From assembly GCA_050943215.1 (NCBI GenBank), contig JBMNOU010000005.1, positions 1 through 60,435 of the forward strand: DNA of 60,435 nucleotides. The letters are read 5' to 3'. The number at the start of each line of letters is the position of its first letter. Position 1 is the stretch's first letter. The position numbers and the translations under genes are program-made. The DNA comes from Christensenellales bacterium. GTDB taxonomy: Bacteria; Bacillota; Clostridia; Christensenellales; SZUA-584. The notes under the pieces were generated by a model. The model saw nothing but the letters and a program-made list of their open reading frames with translations. It made no database searches and was not told the DNA's origin. Shown here one piece after another: positions 19,068 through 28,540 of the stretch.

Positions 19068-19340
19068 ATGGCAAAAACAAAATTACTCGGAAATGATCGG
19101 AAAGAAAAGCTTGAACAACAAAAAAAAGCTTCTAAAAAAGCCAATAAGAAAAAGAGAAAGAGTCCGGCAAGGTTTTTTAAGGATATTGTTTCCGAGCTAA
19201 AAAAGGTGACATGGCCGACATCAAAGGATCTTGTCAAATATACCGGCGCTGTACTCGCTTTTATTATCATAACAGCCATTATCGTCGGCCTGATGGACCT
19301 TGGGCTTTCTTCATTGTTTAACCTTGTTCTAAATAAATAA
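19068..19340 (+). CDS. secE: Preprotein translocase subunit SecE
   Basis: Lys-rich N-terminus, conserved FFKDIVSELKKVTWP motif and a single C-terminal TM. The ATG at 19068 follows GAGGG; the track ORF starts at a GTG at 19059. Confidence 0.9.
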   Translation: MAKTKLLGNDRKEKLEQQKKASKKANKKKRKSPARFFKDIVSELKKVTWPTSKDLVKYTGAVLAFIIITAIIVGLMDLGLSSLFNLVLNK

Positions 19341-19371
19341 GGAGGCGCATTGGTTTAGCAGTGCATACGAT

Positions 19372-19995
19372 ATGTCAGACGAACTAAAGACCGGTGATAT
19401 AATGGAATCATCCGATGAGGTAAAAACGGAACAACCAAAGAAACCTGAACTTCAGGGTGTTTTTATCAAACAGGAGAAAACGGATAAACCCTATTGGTAT
19501 GTCATCCATACTTATTCCGGATATGAAAATAAAGTTAAGATGAATCTTGAAAAGGCAATTCAAAACCGCGGTTTCGAGGATATCATCCTTGAAGTTAAGG
19601 TGCCGATGGAAGAGACTATAGAAGTCAAGAATGGCAAAAAAAAGCACGTCATGAAGAAAATGTACCCCGGATATGTTATGGTCAAGATGATACTTGATGA
19701 CGAAACCTGGTATGTTGTCCGCAACACAAGAGGCGTCACTGGTTTTGTTGGCCCCGGCTCAAAGCCAATCCCGCTGACCGACAAGGAAGTTAGGGCAATG
19801 GGCGTTGAGAACGTGCCGATCAAGCTTGATGTCGAGGTTGGCGAGAACGTCATGGTGACATCCGGCCCTCTCGAAAGTTTTGTGGGCGTCATCAAAGAGG
19901 TCAATCCGGAAAAACAGAAGGTCAAGGTTGTAGTATCGATGTTCGGCAGAGATACGCTTGTCGATCTTGATTTTGTACAGATTAAACGTATATAA
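19372..19995 (+). CDS. nusG: Transcription termination/antitermination factor NusG
   Basis: NGN domain (WYVIHTYSGYENKV) and KOW domain (GENVMVTSGPLESFVGVIKEV), with an acidic/Lys-rich N-terminal extension of about 35 aa. Conserved position after secE. Confidence 0.9.
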   Translation: MSDELKTGDIMESSDEVKTEQPKKPELQGVFIKQEKTDKPYWYVIHTYSGYENKVKMNLEKAIQNRGFEDIILEVKVPMEETIEVKNGKKKHVMKKMYPGYVMVKMILDDETWYVVRNTRGVTGFVGPGSKPIPLTDKEVRAMGVENVPIKLDVEVGENVMVTSGPLESFVGVIKEVNPEKQKVKVVVSMFGRDTLVDLDFVQIKRI

Positions 19996-20106
19996 AGAGG
20001 TTTTACTTCTTTTAACAAGTGGGAGGAACCAACCCCGTGAACTATATATAACCGGGAACTAGGAATTCCGCTTGTACCACATTAAAAGTATTAAGGAGGC
20101 GTAACC

Positions 20107-20532
20107 ATGGCAAAGAAAATAACCGGTTACATTAAGCTGCAGATTCCCGCAGGTAAAGCGACTCCTGCCCCACCAGTCGGTCCGGCACTCGGTCAGCATG
20201 GTGTCAACATCATGGGCTTTTGTAAGGAGTTCAACGAAAAAACAGCCAAACAAGCAGGTTACATTATACCCGTCGTTATCACGGTATATGCGGACAGAAC
20301 GTTCTCATTTATTATGAAGACACCGCCCGCACCCGTGCTGATTAAAAAGTTAATCGGTATTGAAAAAGGCAGCGGAGAACCTAATCTAAAAAAAGTCGCT
20401 AAGATAACGCGAGCTCAGCTTAAAGAAATTGCAGAGCTAAAACAGCCTGATCTTAATGCGGCAAGCGTTGAAGCGGCCATGAGTATGATTGCAGGCACTG
20501 CAAGAAGCATGGGCGTTGAGGTTGTTGACTAA
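20107..20532 (+). CDS. rplK: 50S ribosomal protein L11
   Basis: [43 protein letters not shown] is a canonical L11 N-terminus. Confidence 0.97.
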   Translation: MAKKITGYIKLQIPAGKATPAPPVGPALGQHGVNIMGFCKEFNEKTAKQAGYIIPVVITVYADRTFSFIMKTPPAPVLIKKLIGIEKGSGEPNLKKVAKITRAQLKEIAELKQPDLNAASVEAAMSMIAGTARSMGVEVVD

Positions 20533-20583
20533 CGGATTTGGTGGGAGGCATTTTATGGCCGTTAATACCACGAGGAGGATAAT

Positions 20584-21279
20584 ATGAAAAGAGGCAAAAA
20601 ATATCTCGAAAGTTTGAAAGCATATGATAAAACTGCGCTGTACGATCCGGCAGAAGCATTGCAGCTGTCTATTGATACAGCCAAAGCAAAATTTGACGAA
20701 ACCATCGACGTGTCCATACGGCTTGGCGTAGACCCGAGGCATGCTGATCAGCAGGTCAGAGGGGTAATCGTCCTCCCTCACGGTACAGGAAAAACGATGC
20801 GTGTTCTCGTTTTTGCCAAAGGAGACAGTGCAAAAGAAGCTCAGGATGCGGGCGCTGATTATGTAGGTGGCGATGAATACGTCGAGAAGATCAAAGAAGA
20901 AAACTGGTTTGAATTTGACGTATGTATTGCGACACCGGATATGATGGGTGTCGTCGGTAAGATCGGACGCGTGCTCGGACCAAAAGGCCTGATGCCCAAC
21001 CCGAAGTCGGGTACGGTAACCAAAGATGTCGCAAAGGCCATCAACGACATTAAGGCAGGCAAGGTAGAATACCGCGTAGATAAAACGGCCATTGTGCACG
21101 TTATCATCGGCAAAAAAAGCTTTGGCAAAGATAAATTGGTGGACAACTTAAGCGCACTTATGGAAGCATTGGTCAAAGCCAAGCCAGCTGCAGCCAAAGG
21201 AACGTATCTAAAGAGCGTTGTCGTATCTTCAACAATGGGACCAGGCATCAAAATTAATCCTACAAAGTTTTTTGTTTAG
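20584..21279 (+). CDS. rplA: 50S ribosomal protein L1
   Basis: 231 aa with [23 protein letters not shown] and [15 protein letters not shown] motifs. It follows rplK. Confidence 0.97.
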   Translation: MKRGKKYLESLKAYDKTALYDPAEALQLSIDTAKAKFDETIDVSIRLGVDPRHADQQVRGVIVLPHGTGKTMRVLVFAKGDSAKEAQDAGADYVGGDEYVEKIKEENWFEFDVCIATPDMMGVVGKIGRVLGPKGLMPNPKSGTVTKDVAKAINDIKAGKVEYRVDKTAIVHVIIGKKSFGKDKLVDNLSALMEALVKAKPAAAKGTYLKSVVVSSTMGPGIKINPTKFFV

Positions 21280-21283
21280 AGGG

Positions 21284-21312
21284 TTGACATTTATTTGACG
21301 GGCTGATAGAAT
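21284..21312 (+). promoter_or_regulatory. Sigma-A type promoter for rplJ-rplL
   Basis: TTGACA (21284-21289), 17-nt spacer, TAGAAT (21307-21312). Confidence 0.55.
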
Positions 21313-21490
21313 GACTAGAATTGAATAACCCTTACTGCCAAAGACACAGGTGCAAGCGCTTAATATCCTGTCGAGGAGAGTATATACCGAAGGTACAACC
21401 CTTTTTGTGTGGCTTTCCTGCGCAAAGAGGGTTTTTGATTATTATCCCCAGTTTTCGGGTGAAATGATCACTTTTAAGGAGGTGAAACGA
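21313..21490 (+). promoter_or_regulatory. Ribosomal protein L10 leader with attenuator hairpin
   Basis: A 5' UTR of about 180 nt before rplJ. It contains CCAAAGACACAGGUG...CCUGUCGAGGAG pairing, then a terminator-like hairpin (21397-21437, AACCCUUUUUGUG/CGCAAAGAGGGUU followed by UUUU), as in Firmicute L10 leaders. Confidence 0.55.
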
Positions 21491-22018
21491 TTGGGAGAAA
21501 AATCCATCGAAGTAAAAAAACGAATCGTTAATGACATTAAAGACAAGATGGAAAAAGCTAAGGGTATGATTATTTATGACTACAGGGGTCTCTCTGTTGC
21601 ACAAGTAACGGATCTTCGGAACAAGTTCCGTGAAGCGGGTGTTGAGTATCATGTCATCAAAAACTCAATGATGAAGCGCGCTGCGGATTTGCTGAATTTA
21701 ACTGGGCTTGATGAGCACCTCGCCGGCCCCACCGCTGTCGCTTTTGGTTATAACGATCCGGTTGCACCTGCAAAGGTACTTGTGGAATTTGTTAAAAAGC
21801 TGAAAAAAACACAAATCAAAGCAGGTATCCTAAATGGCAAAATCATAGGCATTGATGGCATTAACAGCCTTGCAGAGCTGCCTTCAAGAGAACAGCTTTT
21901 AGCTCAGCTCGCAGGCACTTTGAATGCGCCTATATCCGGTTTCGCAAGATCCCTGTCCGGTATTATTGCTAAACTAGGATATGCACTAAATGCGGTCAAA
22001 GAACAAAAAGAGGCTTAA
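21491..22018 (+). CDS. rplJ: 50S ribosomal protein L10
   Basis: A TTG start 7 nt after AAGGAGGTG. The translation reads KSIEVKKRIVNDIKDKMEKAKGMIIYDYRGLSVAQVTDLRNKFREAGVEY. The track ORF (21350) extends spuriously into the leader. Confidence 0.9.
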   Translation: MGEKSIEVKKRIVNDIKDKMEKAKGMIIYDYRGLSVAQVTDLRNKFREAGVEYHVIKNSMMKRAADLLNLTGLDEHLAGPTAVAFGYNDPVAPAKVLVEFVKKLKKTQIKAGILNGKIIGIDGINSLAELPSREQLLAQLAGTLNAPISGFARSLSGIIAKLGYALNAVKEQKEA

Positions 22019-22074
22019 GTTTATGCCTTGCTGCAAAATAAACGCACATTTAAATAATTTGGAGGAATATTGTA

Positions 22075-22452
22075 ATGGATAACAATCAAATTTTAGAAGC
22101 AATTGAAAAGATGAGTGTTCTTGAGCTTTCTGAGCTTATTAAACAGATTGAAGAGAAGTTTGGGGTTAGCGCTGCCGCACCCGTCGCTGTTGCTGCAGCC
22201 GGTCCTGCTGCAGGCCCCGCTGCTCCCGCTGAAGAAGAGAAAACCGAGTTTGACGTTGTTCTCAAAGAAATAGGCGCAGAAAAAATTAAGGTCATAAAGG
22301 TTGTTCGTGAGATTACAGGTCTTGGGCTTAAAGAAGCAAAAGATGTTGTTGATAAAGCGCCCAGCACAGTTAAAGAAACCATCCCGAAAGATGAGGCAGA
22401 AAGCATCGTCGCAAAACTCAAAGAAGTGGGCGCAACAGCCGAGATTAAATAA
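22075..22452 (+). CDS. rplL: 50S ribosomal protein L7/L12
   Basis: 125 aa with an Ala/Pro hinge and the conserved C-terminal domain ([24 protein letters not shown]). Confidence 0.97.
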   Translation: MDNNQILEAIEKMSVLELSELIKQIEEKFGVSAAAPVAVAAAGPAAGPAAPAEEEKTEFDVVLKEIGAEKIKVIKVVREITGLGLKEAKDVVDKAPSTVKETIPKDEAESIVAKLKEVGATAEIK

Positions 22453-22461
22453 TGTCATTAA

Positions 22462-22501
22462 AAAGACCCGTTGCATAATATCGTGCAATTGGTCTTTTTT
22501 T
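22462..22501 (+). terminator. Intrinsic terminator after rplL
   Basis: AAAGACC-CG-TTGCA ... TGCAA-TT-GGTCTTT hairpin followed by a T-run, 10 nt after the stop. Confidence 0.7.
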
Positions 22502-22570
22502 ATGTTAAAATATTGACTATATAGCAATCAATGTTTGCGTAAACTTAATATGATAATAAGGTGAAGAATA

Positions 22571-23473
22571 TTGAATTTTGATATCAACATGGTATTAGCT
22601 GCATTTGCTCTTACGATTTTTGCGGGTATATGTACGGGGATTGGGAGTCTTATCGCATGGTTTGCTAAAAAAACAAATACGCGTTTTTTATCCGTTGTGC
22701 TTGGGTTTTCCGCGGGTGTCATGATCTATGTATCAATGACCGAGATATTCACGGAATCAAGGGCGCTTCTTACCTCTTCTCTTGGTGAGATAGGCGGTTC
22801 CTGGGTTACGGTTGCTGGTTTTTTTGGGGGCATGCTGATTATTGCATTGATCGATAAATTTGTTCCGGCCGCAGACAACCCACATGAAATGCGGATGGTT
22901 GAGTTGATGTCGGATGATAATCAGTCCGAACCCGCGCAAAGCACAAATGGCAAAAGAAGACTTCGTAACCGGTGGCGTGCAAATCACGAAATGCAACCGT
23001 CAGGGGGTGTTCCACATAAAGGAAAGCTAATGCGTCTTGGGCTTTTTACAGCTTTTGCGATTGCGATACACAATTTTCCTGAAGGGATTGCCACATTTGT
23101 CGCGGCTCTTAAAGACCCCTCCCTTGGCATCACAATCGCTGTGGCCATCGCGATACATAATATTCCCGAGGGAATAGCTGTCTCCGTACCCGTTTATTAT
23201 GCGTCAGGAGACAGAAAAAAAGCATTTAAGTGGTCACTTTTATCGGGTTTGGCCGAACCTCTTGGTGCACTAGTGGGATTTTTGATTCTGATGCCTATCA
23301 TGAACGATATCATATTCGGTATTTTATTTGCATGCGTAGCAGGGATTATGGTATTTATATCGCTGGATGAAATCCTTCCGACCGCAAGAGAATACGGGGA
23401 ACCGCATTTATCGATTTACGGCATGGTTGCAGGAATGGCCGTTATGGCAGTCAGTTTACTGCTATTTTTATAA
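22571..23473 (+). CDS. zupT: ZIP family zinc transporter ZupT
   Basis: 300 aa with duplicated HNFPEG / HNIPEG motifs in TM helices. TTG start. It carries an unusually long basic cytoplasmic loop (SDDNQSEPAQSTNGKRRLRNRWRANHEMQ). Confidence 0.85.
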   Translation: MNFDINMVLAAFALTIFAGICTGIGSLIAWFAKKTNTRFLSVVLGFSAGVMIYVSMTEIFTESRALLTSSLGEIGGSWVTVAGFFGGMLIIALIDKFVPAADNPHEMRMVELMSDDNQSEPAQSTNGKRRLRNRWRANHEMQPSGGVPHKGKLMRLGLFTAFAIAIHNFPEGIATFVAALKDPSLGITIAVAIAIHNIPEGIAVSVPVYYASGDRKKAFKWSLLSGLAEPLGALVGFLILMPIMNDIIFGILFACVAGIMVFISLDEILPTAREYGEPHLSIYGMVAGMAVMAVSLLLFL

Positions 23474-23934
23474 TGCGAATCGCTTGCCGCTCATATACGC
23501 CTCTGGGCACATTTATGGCAATATATGAAGACGGGTTTATTAGAAGAGTGCTTCTTCCGGGAGAAAGCATCAGCGCCGATGTTGCATATACAGATGATTC
23601 GCTTTCTTTTGCGGTACAAACAGCAGAATATTTTCAGGGCAGCAGAAAAATTTTTACGCTGCCTTTCTTTATACCAGGAACGATTTTTAAACAGGATGTC
23701 TATCGTACAGTGCTTCATATTCCCTACGGGCAAACCGCAACATATTCAGCTGTTGCCTTTGCCGCAGGATATCCGCATGCAATGCGGGCTGTGGGAAACG
23801 CCATGAAATCGAATCCGCTGCCCCTTATCATTCCCTGCCACAGAGTCATCCACCAATCAAAGAACCAGTGCCGCTACAGAGGCGGTGCAAACATGAAGCG
23901 CTACTTATTAAGCCTTGAAAAAGAAAACAGATAG
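23473..23934 (+). CDS. ogt: Methylated-DNA--protein-cysteine methyltransferase
   Basis: Active-site PCHRV motif (LPLIIPCHRVI) and helix-turn-wing (TYSAVAFAAGYPHAMRAVGNA). The ATG overlaps the zupT stop (TAATG). Confidence 0.85.
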   Translation: MRIACRSYTPLGTFMAIYEDGFIRRVLLPGESISADVAYTDDSLSFAVQTAEYFQGSRKIFTLPFFIPGTIFKQDVYRTVLHIPYGQTATYSAVAFAAGYPHAMRAVGNAMKSNPLPLIIPCHRVIHQSKNQCRYRGGANMKRYLLSLEKENR

Positions 23935-24159
23935 CGCGCTGCATTCAGGTTATTTGATAATTTGACATCTGCTTGTGCAATAAATATAACCTGTTTTTTT
24001 GGTTTGATTGAAAAGAACCCCCGGCTTTTTTGTTAAAATAAGAGTTAATTTGTCACGCTATCATTTCCTCTATATAAAAACAATATAAATTAGTACGATT
24101 TGTGAATAAAAGACAGATCATAAGCAATACTTGAAACTGTTTATATTTACATAATAGTA

Positions 24160-24468
24160 TTGAGGAGTAACTGTCGATTGCACAAACTGCCAAGCCATCG
24201 CCGGGGTAAAACAGCGATAAAAACATTGTTTTTTGATTCGTTTCACGGAAAGAGCGTTCTCTTAACCAAAATTGCCATATCCATTTTTGCGATAGTTTTG
24301 GGCATTGTTTTTTTAATCGTATGCGTATATGTAATTATCCCAGCCATTATTGCAAGCACCGCCGATAAGATAGATCAGAATTTTTCGGCAGAGATGTACG
24401 AAAAAACGATTGAAAACCCGGATATAACTAGAAATAATGTGCATCAAGCTTTTGAACAGCCGGAATAA
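24160..24468 (+). CDS. Hypothetical small membrane protein
   Basis: One strong TM (IAISIFAIVLGIVFLIVCVYVIIPAIIA). GAGGAG lies near the 5' end, and an in-frame TTG at 24178 is a plausible start. No recognisable family. Confidence 0.3.
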   Translation: MRSNCRLHKLPSHRRGKTAIKTLFFDSFHGKSVLLTKIAISIFAIVLGIVFLIVCVYVIIPAIIASTADKIDQNFSAEMYEKTIENPDITRNNVHQAFEQPE

Positions 24469-24582
24469 AGCATGATTCAAAGTCCCAGACATTGCGTCCG
24501 TGCTTGCCGATAACCCCAATATTGTAGGCAGAGTATCCAGTGCGCTTTGAATATTATTTATCTTGTTACGTAGCCGGACGGA

Positions 24583-25134
24583 TTACGGACTGAAACTGAT
24601 ATACGGATTCAACTGCTGATCCGCCGAAATACCAACGACACGATAAAATTCTCCCTCAGGAGAAATTGTGAGCACAGCATTGTAACTCCCGGCCGGACCT
24701 GTCGAGGTTTTAGTGTAAAAGGTTAGTTTAATGACAAAATCTTTATCCCGGGGTTTGATGCTGACAATCTCAAACCTGTCGATCCGGGGGCTGGATAAGC
24801 CCGTAACCCAGTTCGGCGCGGTTTTCTCCAGCTGTAGAGCATATTTTTCTTTGAGTGCTTTGCTTAACATAGCATACTGCAGCGCCGCACTTCTCATTTT
24901 CAAACCATTTGCCCATACTGACGCGGCGCTTTCAGCGCTGCAAACACCGACCTGGTTCATTGCTTCCATTAAAAGCTGGCTTCGCATTTTGTACTGGTCT
25001 GTCTCCCCCGCAGCAAATACACTTAAGTACCTGCAATTAACCAAACATCCAAAATAATAGCCCAATATTATCATCAACAGACAGATGCCAATTACCATCC
25101 CGTAAATCCATTTTTTGTTTCTGACAACTCTCAT
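24583..25134 (-). CDS. Membrane-anchored hypothetical protein
   Basis: 183 aa with an N-terminal anchor (WIYGMVIGICLLMIILGYYF) and a soluble domain. GGGAG RBS. No recognisable family. Confidence 0.5.
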   Translation of the reverse strand: MRVVRNKKWIYGMVIGICLLMIILGYYFGCLVNCRYLSVFAAGETDQYKMRSQLLMEAMNQVGVCSAESAASVWANGLKMRSAALQYAMLSKALKEKYALQLEKTAPNWVTGLSSPRIDRFEIVSIKPRDKDFVIKLTFYTKTSTGPAGSYNAVLTISPEGEFYRVVGISADQQLNPYISFSP

Positions 25135-25249
25135 ATTAGTCTCCCGTCTCTCTACAACGTATGATTTTAGGAAAGCCGTTAGTCTTTCTATCCAGCCGTT
25201 TCGCTGCAGATTTTCGAGACGTCTACACTCCTGCTTTACTTATCGCACC

Positions 25250-25278
25250 AAAAAAAGCGGGAATGTCAAGTAACCCGC
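25250..25278 (-). terminator. Intrinsic terminator downstream of the apbE/fmnB operon
   Basis: On the minus strand: GCGGG-12 nt loop-CCCGC followed by U7. Confidence 0.6.
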
Positions 25279-25567
25279 TTAATACGATGCCTTGACAGGG
25301 TTTTTGCATCCGTTGACAGCTGCGCAAACCAGTACCATCTAACGAACCAAAAAACCCTGTCACATCGTATTAAGGAGGAGCTCATTAAAAAGTAAAATTA
25401 CTATAATAAACAATATGATTCTTTTAGGTACAAAATGAGCAAGAATTCATTTTATAAAAAAGGGGATCGTGACATTGTGAAAAGCTTTTAATATCATTTA
25501 TAATTATAGCTGTCCATTTCGGTTGCAAAATTGTTTGTTCAGCGTCTTTAAGTAAATTCAATAAAAA

Positions 25568-26659
25568 TCATTTATATGAGGCTTTTCCCATATCTCTTAA
25601 CAGCTGCTTCATTCCCGATGAAAAAACCAGCTGATTACCCGCCATTACCCACAGCGCCTCAACATCTTGCATGCTTTCTGCAAACTCAATGCTTTGCTCG
25701 GGTGGCATCAAAAAAAGCACTGTCGATAAAACGTCGGCTTTCAATGAATCTTTTGTCACGACCGTAACGGCTTTATAATAATCGGCCGGCATCAGCGTTT
25801 GTGGATCGATTAAATGATGGTAAGACTTATCGCCTACAGTATAATATCTCTCGTAACTGCCGCTTGAAACAACCGATGTATTGGTCACAAACGCAACATC
25901 CAACAAGTTCTCCTCATTAGTCGAATATTGAAGGAGGCTGTCCGGGTCTTTAATACCAACGCCCCATTTGCTACGCACACCATCTTTGGGAATACCAATG
26001 GCGCGTATATTACCACCCGCGCTTATGAGTATCGAATCATATTCTTTTTCGATCAACTGAGCGGCAATCGCTTCGACAGCATATCCTTTCGCGACTGCCC
26101 CGACATCAAGACACATATTTTTTTCTGTTAGGTATACCGTTAAGGCTTGTTCATCAATGATAACACCATCGATATTCGTATACTCTTTCGCATTACGCAA
26201 TTCATCAATCGGGGGCACTTTAGCGGATGCTGGGTTAGCCAGTCCGGTTTCTCGATATGTGTGCCAAATATTAAGCACCGGACCTAATGCGATATTGATA
26301 ACGCCATTTGTTTCCTGATACCATAATTTCGCCTGTTGCAGCAGATAAATAATCCTTTCATCTACTTCTACAGGTTTTATACCAGCGTTATCATTTATCG
26401 TTTTAATATTGTTTATACCATCATAATTATGATAGATATCAAAAAGCTGATGATATTCTAAAAAACTGCTGTGCACGATACCGGACAATTGGTCAAATTC
26501 AGCCTCTGATTGCATGTATGCAATGACAGTTACAACAGTATCAAAAGTATCAAAAAAGTCGCTGCGGTATCTTTGGTAGCCACCATTAGAACCGCTACAT
26601 CCACCTGAGTACATTATTAATAAAATAAAACTAATTAATAAACAAATAATTTTTTTCAT
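25568..26659 (-). CDS. apbE: FAD:protein FMN transferase (ApbE family lipoprotein; FmnB-like)
   Basis: Lipobox (LIMYSGGC). Length and layout fit ApbE (FDTFDTVVTV..., VGAVAKGYAVE, SAGGNI, VVSSGSYERY). It lies next to an FMN-binding-like lipoprotein. Confidence 0.85.
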   Translation of the reverse strand: MKKIICLLISFILLIMYSGGCSGSNGGYQRYRSDFFDTFDTVVTVIAYMQSEAEFDQLSGIVHSSFLEYHQLFDIYHNYDGINNIKTINDNAGIKPVEVDERIIYLLQQAKLWYQETNGVINIALGPVLNIWHTYRETGLANPASAKVPPIDELRNAKEYTNIDGVIIDEQALTVYLTEKNMCLDVGAVAKGYAVEAIAAQLIEKEYDSILISAGGNIRAIGIPKDGVRSKWGVGIKDPDSLLQYSTNEENLLDVAFVTNTSVVSSGSYERYYTVGDKSYHHLIDPQTLMPADYYKAVTVVTKDSLKADVLSTVLFLMPPEQSIEFAESMQDVEALWVMAGNQLVFSSGMKQLLRDMGKASYK

Positions 26660-26731
26660 GGATCCTGCCGTTTTTAAAGAGAAAATCCCTCTAAATAATT
26701 TAGAGGGATAACCCTTTAAGATTATTAAAAA

Positions 26732-27832
26732 CTATTTTGCGTTTTGTACGGCTTTTTGTACGGTATTGAGATAATCGTTAACATGGATCGTTACACTCGA
26801 CGTCAAATCCGCTTCCGCTGGAATTCCTTCATCAGTTGTCTTCATGCCCATGACTTCATCGATCGTTTTTCCGATTATCCACCTGCTCAGCTCATTAATT
26901 TGTTCGTACCATTCTTTCCCAATGCCTGAGGCTTTTTTCATGCCATATTCGTCACCTAGCTCTCCTTTTGTTTTAAGCTCTGCGGACAGGTCGGTTGTTA
27001 TTTTCCCCTGTGCGTTAACAGTTACTTTAACCTGCGCTGAATCGATCATGACGCCAACAATGACACCTTTGTCATCAACCGTCACCGCAGCCATCACATT
27101 ATCGGTCTGGCCCACTGCATCCGTACCGTTAGCAGCGCTCTTAGAACTTGCTAGTGAGACGGCATTGCCAAATCCGGTCTTGGTTTTGCCTGTAATCGCA
27201 ATACCAAAGTCTTTCGCGTTGTTCACTGCTTTTTGAACTGCGCGTAGGTAGTCTGTGACATTAATCGTTACGCTTGAAGTTAGGTCAGCCGCGGCTGGAG
27301 TCCCTCCTGCACTCAATTCCATCCCCATAATTTCACCTATTGTTTTACCAACCATCCAGCCTTCGAGTGCCGCCATCTGTTCGAACCATTCTTTTCCAAT
27401 CGACGAGGCTTTCTTCATCCCATATTCATTACCAAGCTCCACCTTGGTTTTGGGAGCGGTATTAATATCGGTTACCAGCTGGCCCTTCGTGTTAAAACTA
27501 ATTTTTGATTGCAACATATCGATCTTGACATTGACGATCTTATCACTCGCATCCAGTGTCACTGCTGCCATGACAATATCCGCCTCTGCCAGAGCATCGG
27601 CACCTTCAGAAACGCTCGCCGATTTAGCGATAGATATAACACTTCCAAGACCTGTCTTTAAGCTCGTGGGCATTTTAGTTTCGCCCTTTGGCGTTCCAGT
27701 TACCCCTCCTGTTATAACCGTTTCAGTTGCTGTCACCGTGGGTGATTCTTGTGGTCCTTTTTTTCCACAGCCAGCAAGCATAAACGAGAATGCCAAGGCA
27801 ACGATTAACACAGCGAACATTACTTTTTTCAT
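26732..27832 (-). CDS. Lipoprotein with two tandem FMN_bind-like domains (PplA-like)
   Basis: Lipobox (FMLAGC). An internal duplication of about 150 aa, each copy with ELG.EYGMKKAS.IGKEW.EQ...GKTI.E.MGM...ADLTSSVTI..DYL..VQKAV. This layout parallels FMN_bind domains. Confidence 0.65.
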   Translation of the reverse strand: MKKVMFAVLIVALAFSFMLAGCGKKGPQESPTVTATETVITGGVTGTPKGETKMPTSLKTGLGSVISIAKSASVSEGADALAEADIVMAAVTLDASDKIVNVKIDMLQSKISFNTKGQLVTDINTAPKTKVELGNEYGMKKASSIGKEWFEQMAALEGWMVGKTIGEIMGMELSAGGTPAAADLTSSVTINVTDYLRAVQKAVNNAKDFGIAITGKTKTGFGNAVSLASSKSAANGTDAVGQTDNVMAAVTVDDKGVIVGVMIDSAQVKVTVNAQGKITTDLSAELKTKGELGDEYGMKKASGIGKEWYEQINELSRWIIGKTIDEVMGMKTTDEGIPAEADLTSSVTIHVNDYLNTVQKAVQNAK

Positions 27833-27972
27833 TTACATTCTCCTTTACTATTTTTCGAATAAAATTCTCTACAATTTAAGGTTTCCAAATATTCGCTGTT
27901 TTATTACGAATTTCTGTTAAAGCAGTTATAGCAAACAACGCTAAGCGGAATGGATTACATTCCCAAATTATA

Positions 27973-28530
27973 TTAATTATTAGAGGAAAAGTAATATGAA
28001 CCTTCAAGATACCGCACAATAAATCCGTTTCTTTCCAGCTTGGTAAATAAAGGACCGGCTACCGCTGCCGTCAAGATACCGGTTCCAAGTCCAGCAAACA
28101 GCAAAATAGGCAGATAAGTACGAAGCAAATTTTCACCTAGCAAAACAGAAGCCGCAAGGATCTGGCCCACATTGTGAAAAGCCGCTCCTGCCATACTCAC
28201 ACCATATATCGAAAAAGTCTTGCCGTAAAACTTCTTGGTAAGTAGCATTGCGAAAAAAGCGAATGTACCCCCCGTAAGAGAAAAAAGCATAGAAATAACG
28301 CCGGAAAAAAGACCACCCAGCAAACACCGGACAACGAGTATTGTCCACGCCCCTAACGGGCCAATATAAAACAGAGCCATCATGGTGACCACATTCGCAA
28401 GCCCCAGCTTTATACCAGGCACCGGAACGATAGCGCCTATTGGAAATATTTTTTCTGTTATTGATAATGTGACCGCAACCGCTACAAGCAAACTGCTAAC
28501 CACTATTCTCTTTACATTAGTCTTTTTCAT
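27973..28530 (-). CDS. Membrane protein of the 'heptaprenyl diphosphate synthase component I'/Gx-transporter family (EetB-like)
   Basis: Polytopic, with LGLANVVTMMALFY...LLGGLFSG motifs. The ATG at 28530 has AGGA 9 nt upstream; the track ORF extends to 28587. Confidence 0.65.
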   Translation of the reverse strand: MKKTNVKRIVVSSLLVAVAVTLSITEKIFPIGAIVPVPGIKLGLANVVTMMALFYIGPLGAWTILVVRCLLGGLFSGVISMLFSLTGGTFAFFAMLLTKKFYGKTFSIYGVSMAGAAFHNVGQILAASVLLGENLLRTYLPILLFAGLGTGILTAAVAGPLFTKLERNGFIVRYLEGSYYFSSNN

Positions 28531-28540
28531 ATTAAAAATC

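Noticed and set aside
20437-21099. Long antisense ORFs in the six-frame track. Examples are 20437..21099(-) 220 aa, 27255..27920(+) 221 aa, 12720..13367(+) 215 aa, 30492..31124(-) 210 aa, 58538..59056(+) 172 aa, 50245..50760(-) 171 aa, 22..501(+) and 1242..1841(+).
   Set aside because: Each lies opposite a gene whose translation carries unmistakable family motifs (rplA, the PplA-like gene, ndh2, argB, ABC permease, atp genes). Their own translations are low-complexity Ser/Leu/Ile/Pro-rich with no motifs or RBS. They are typical shadow ORFs.
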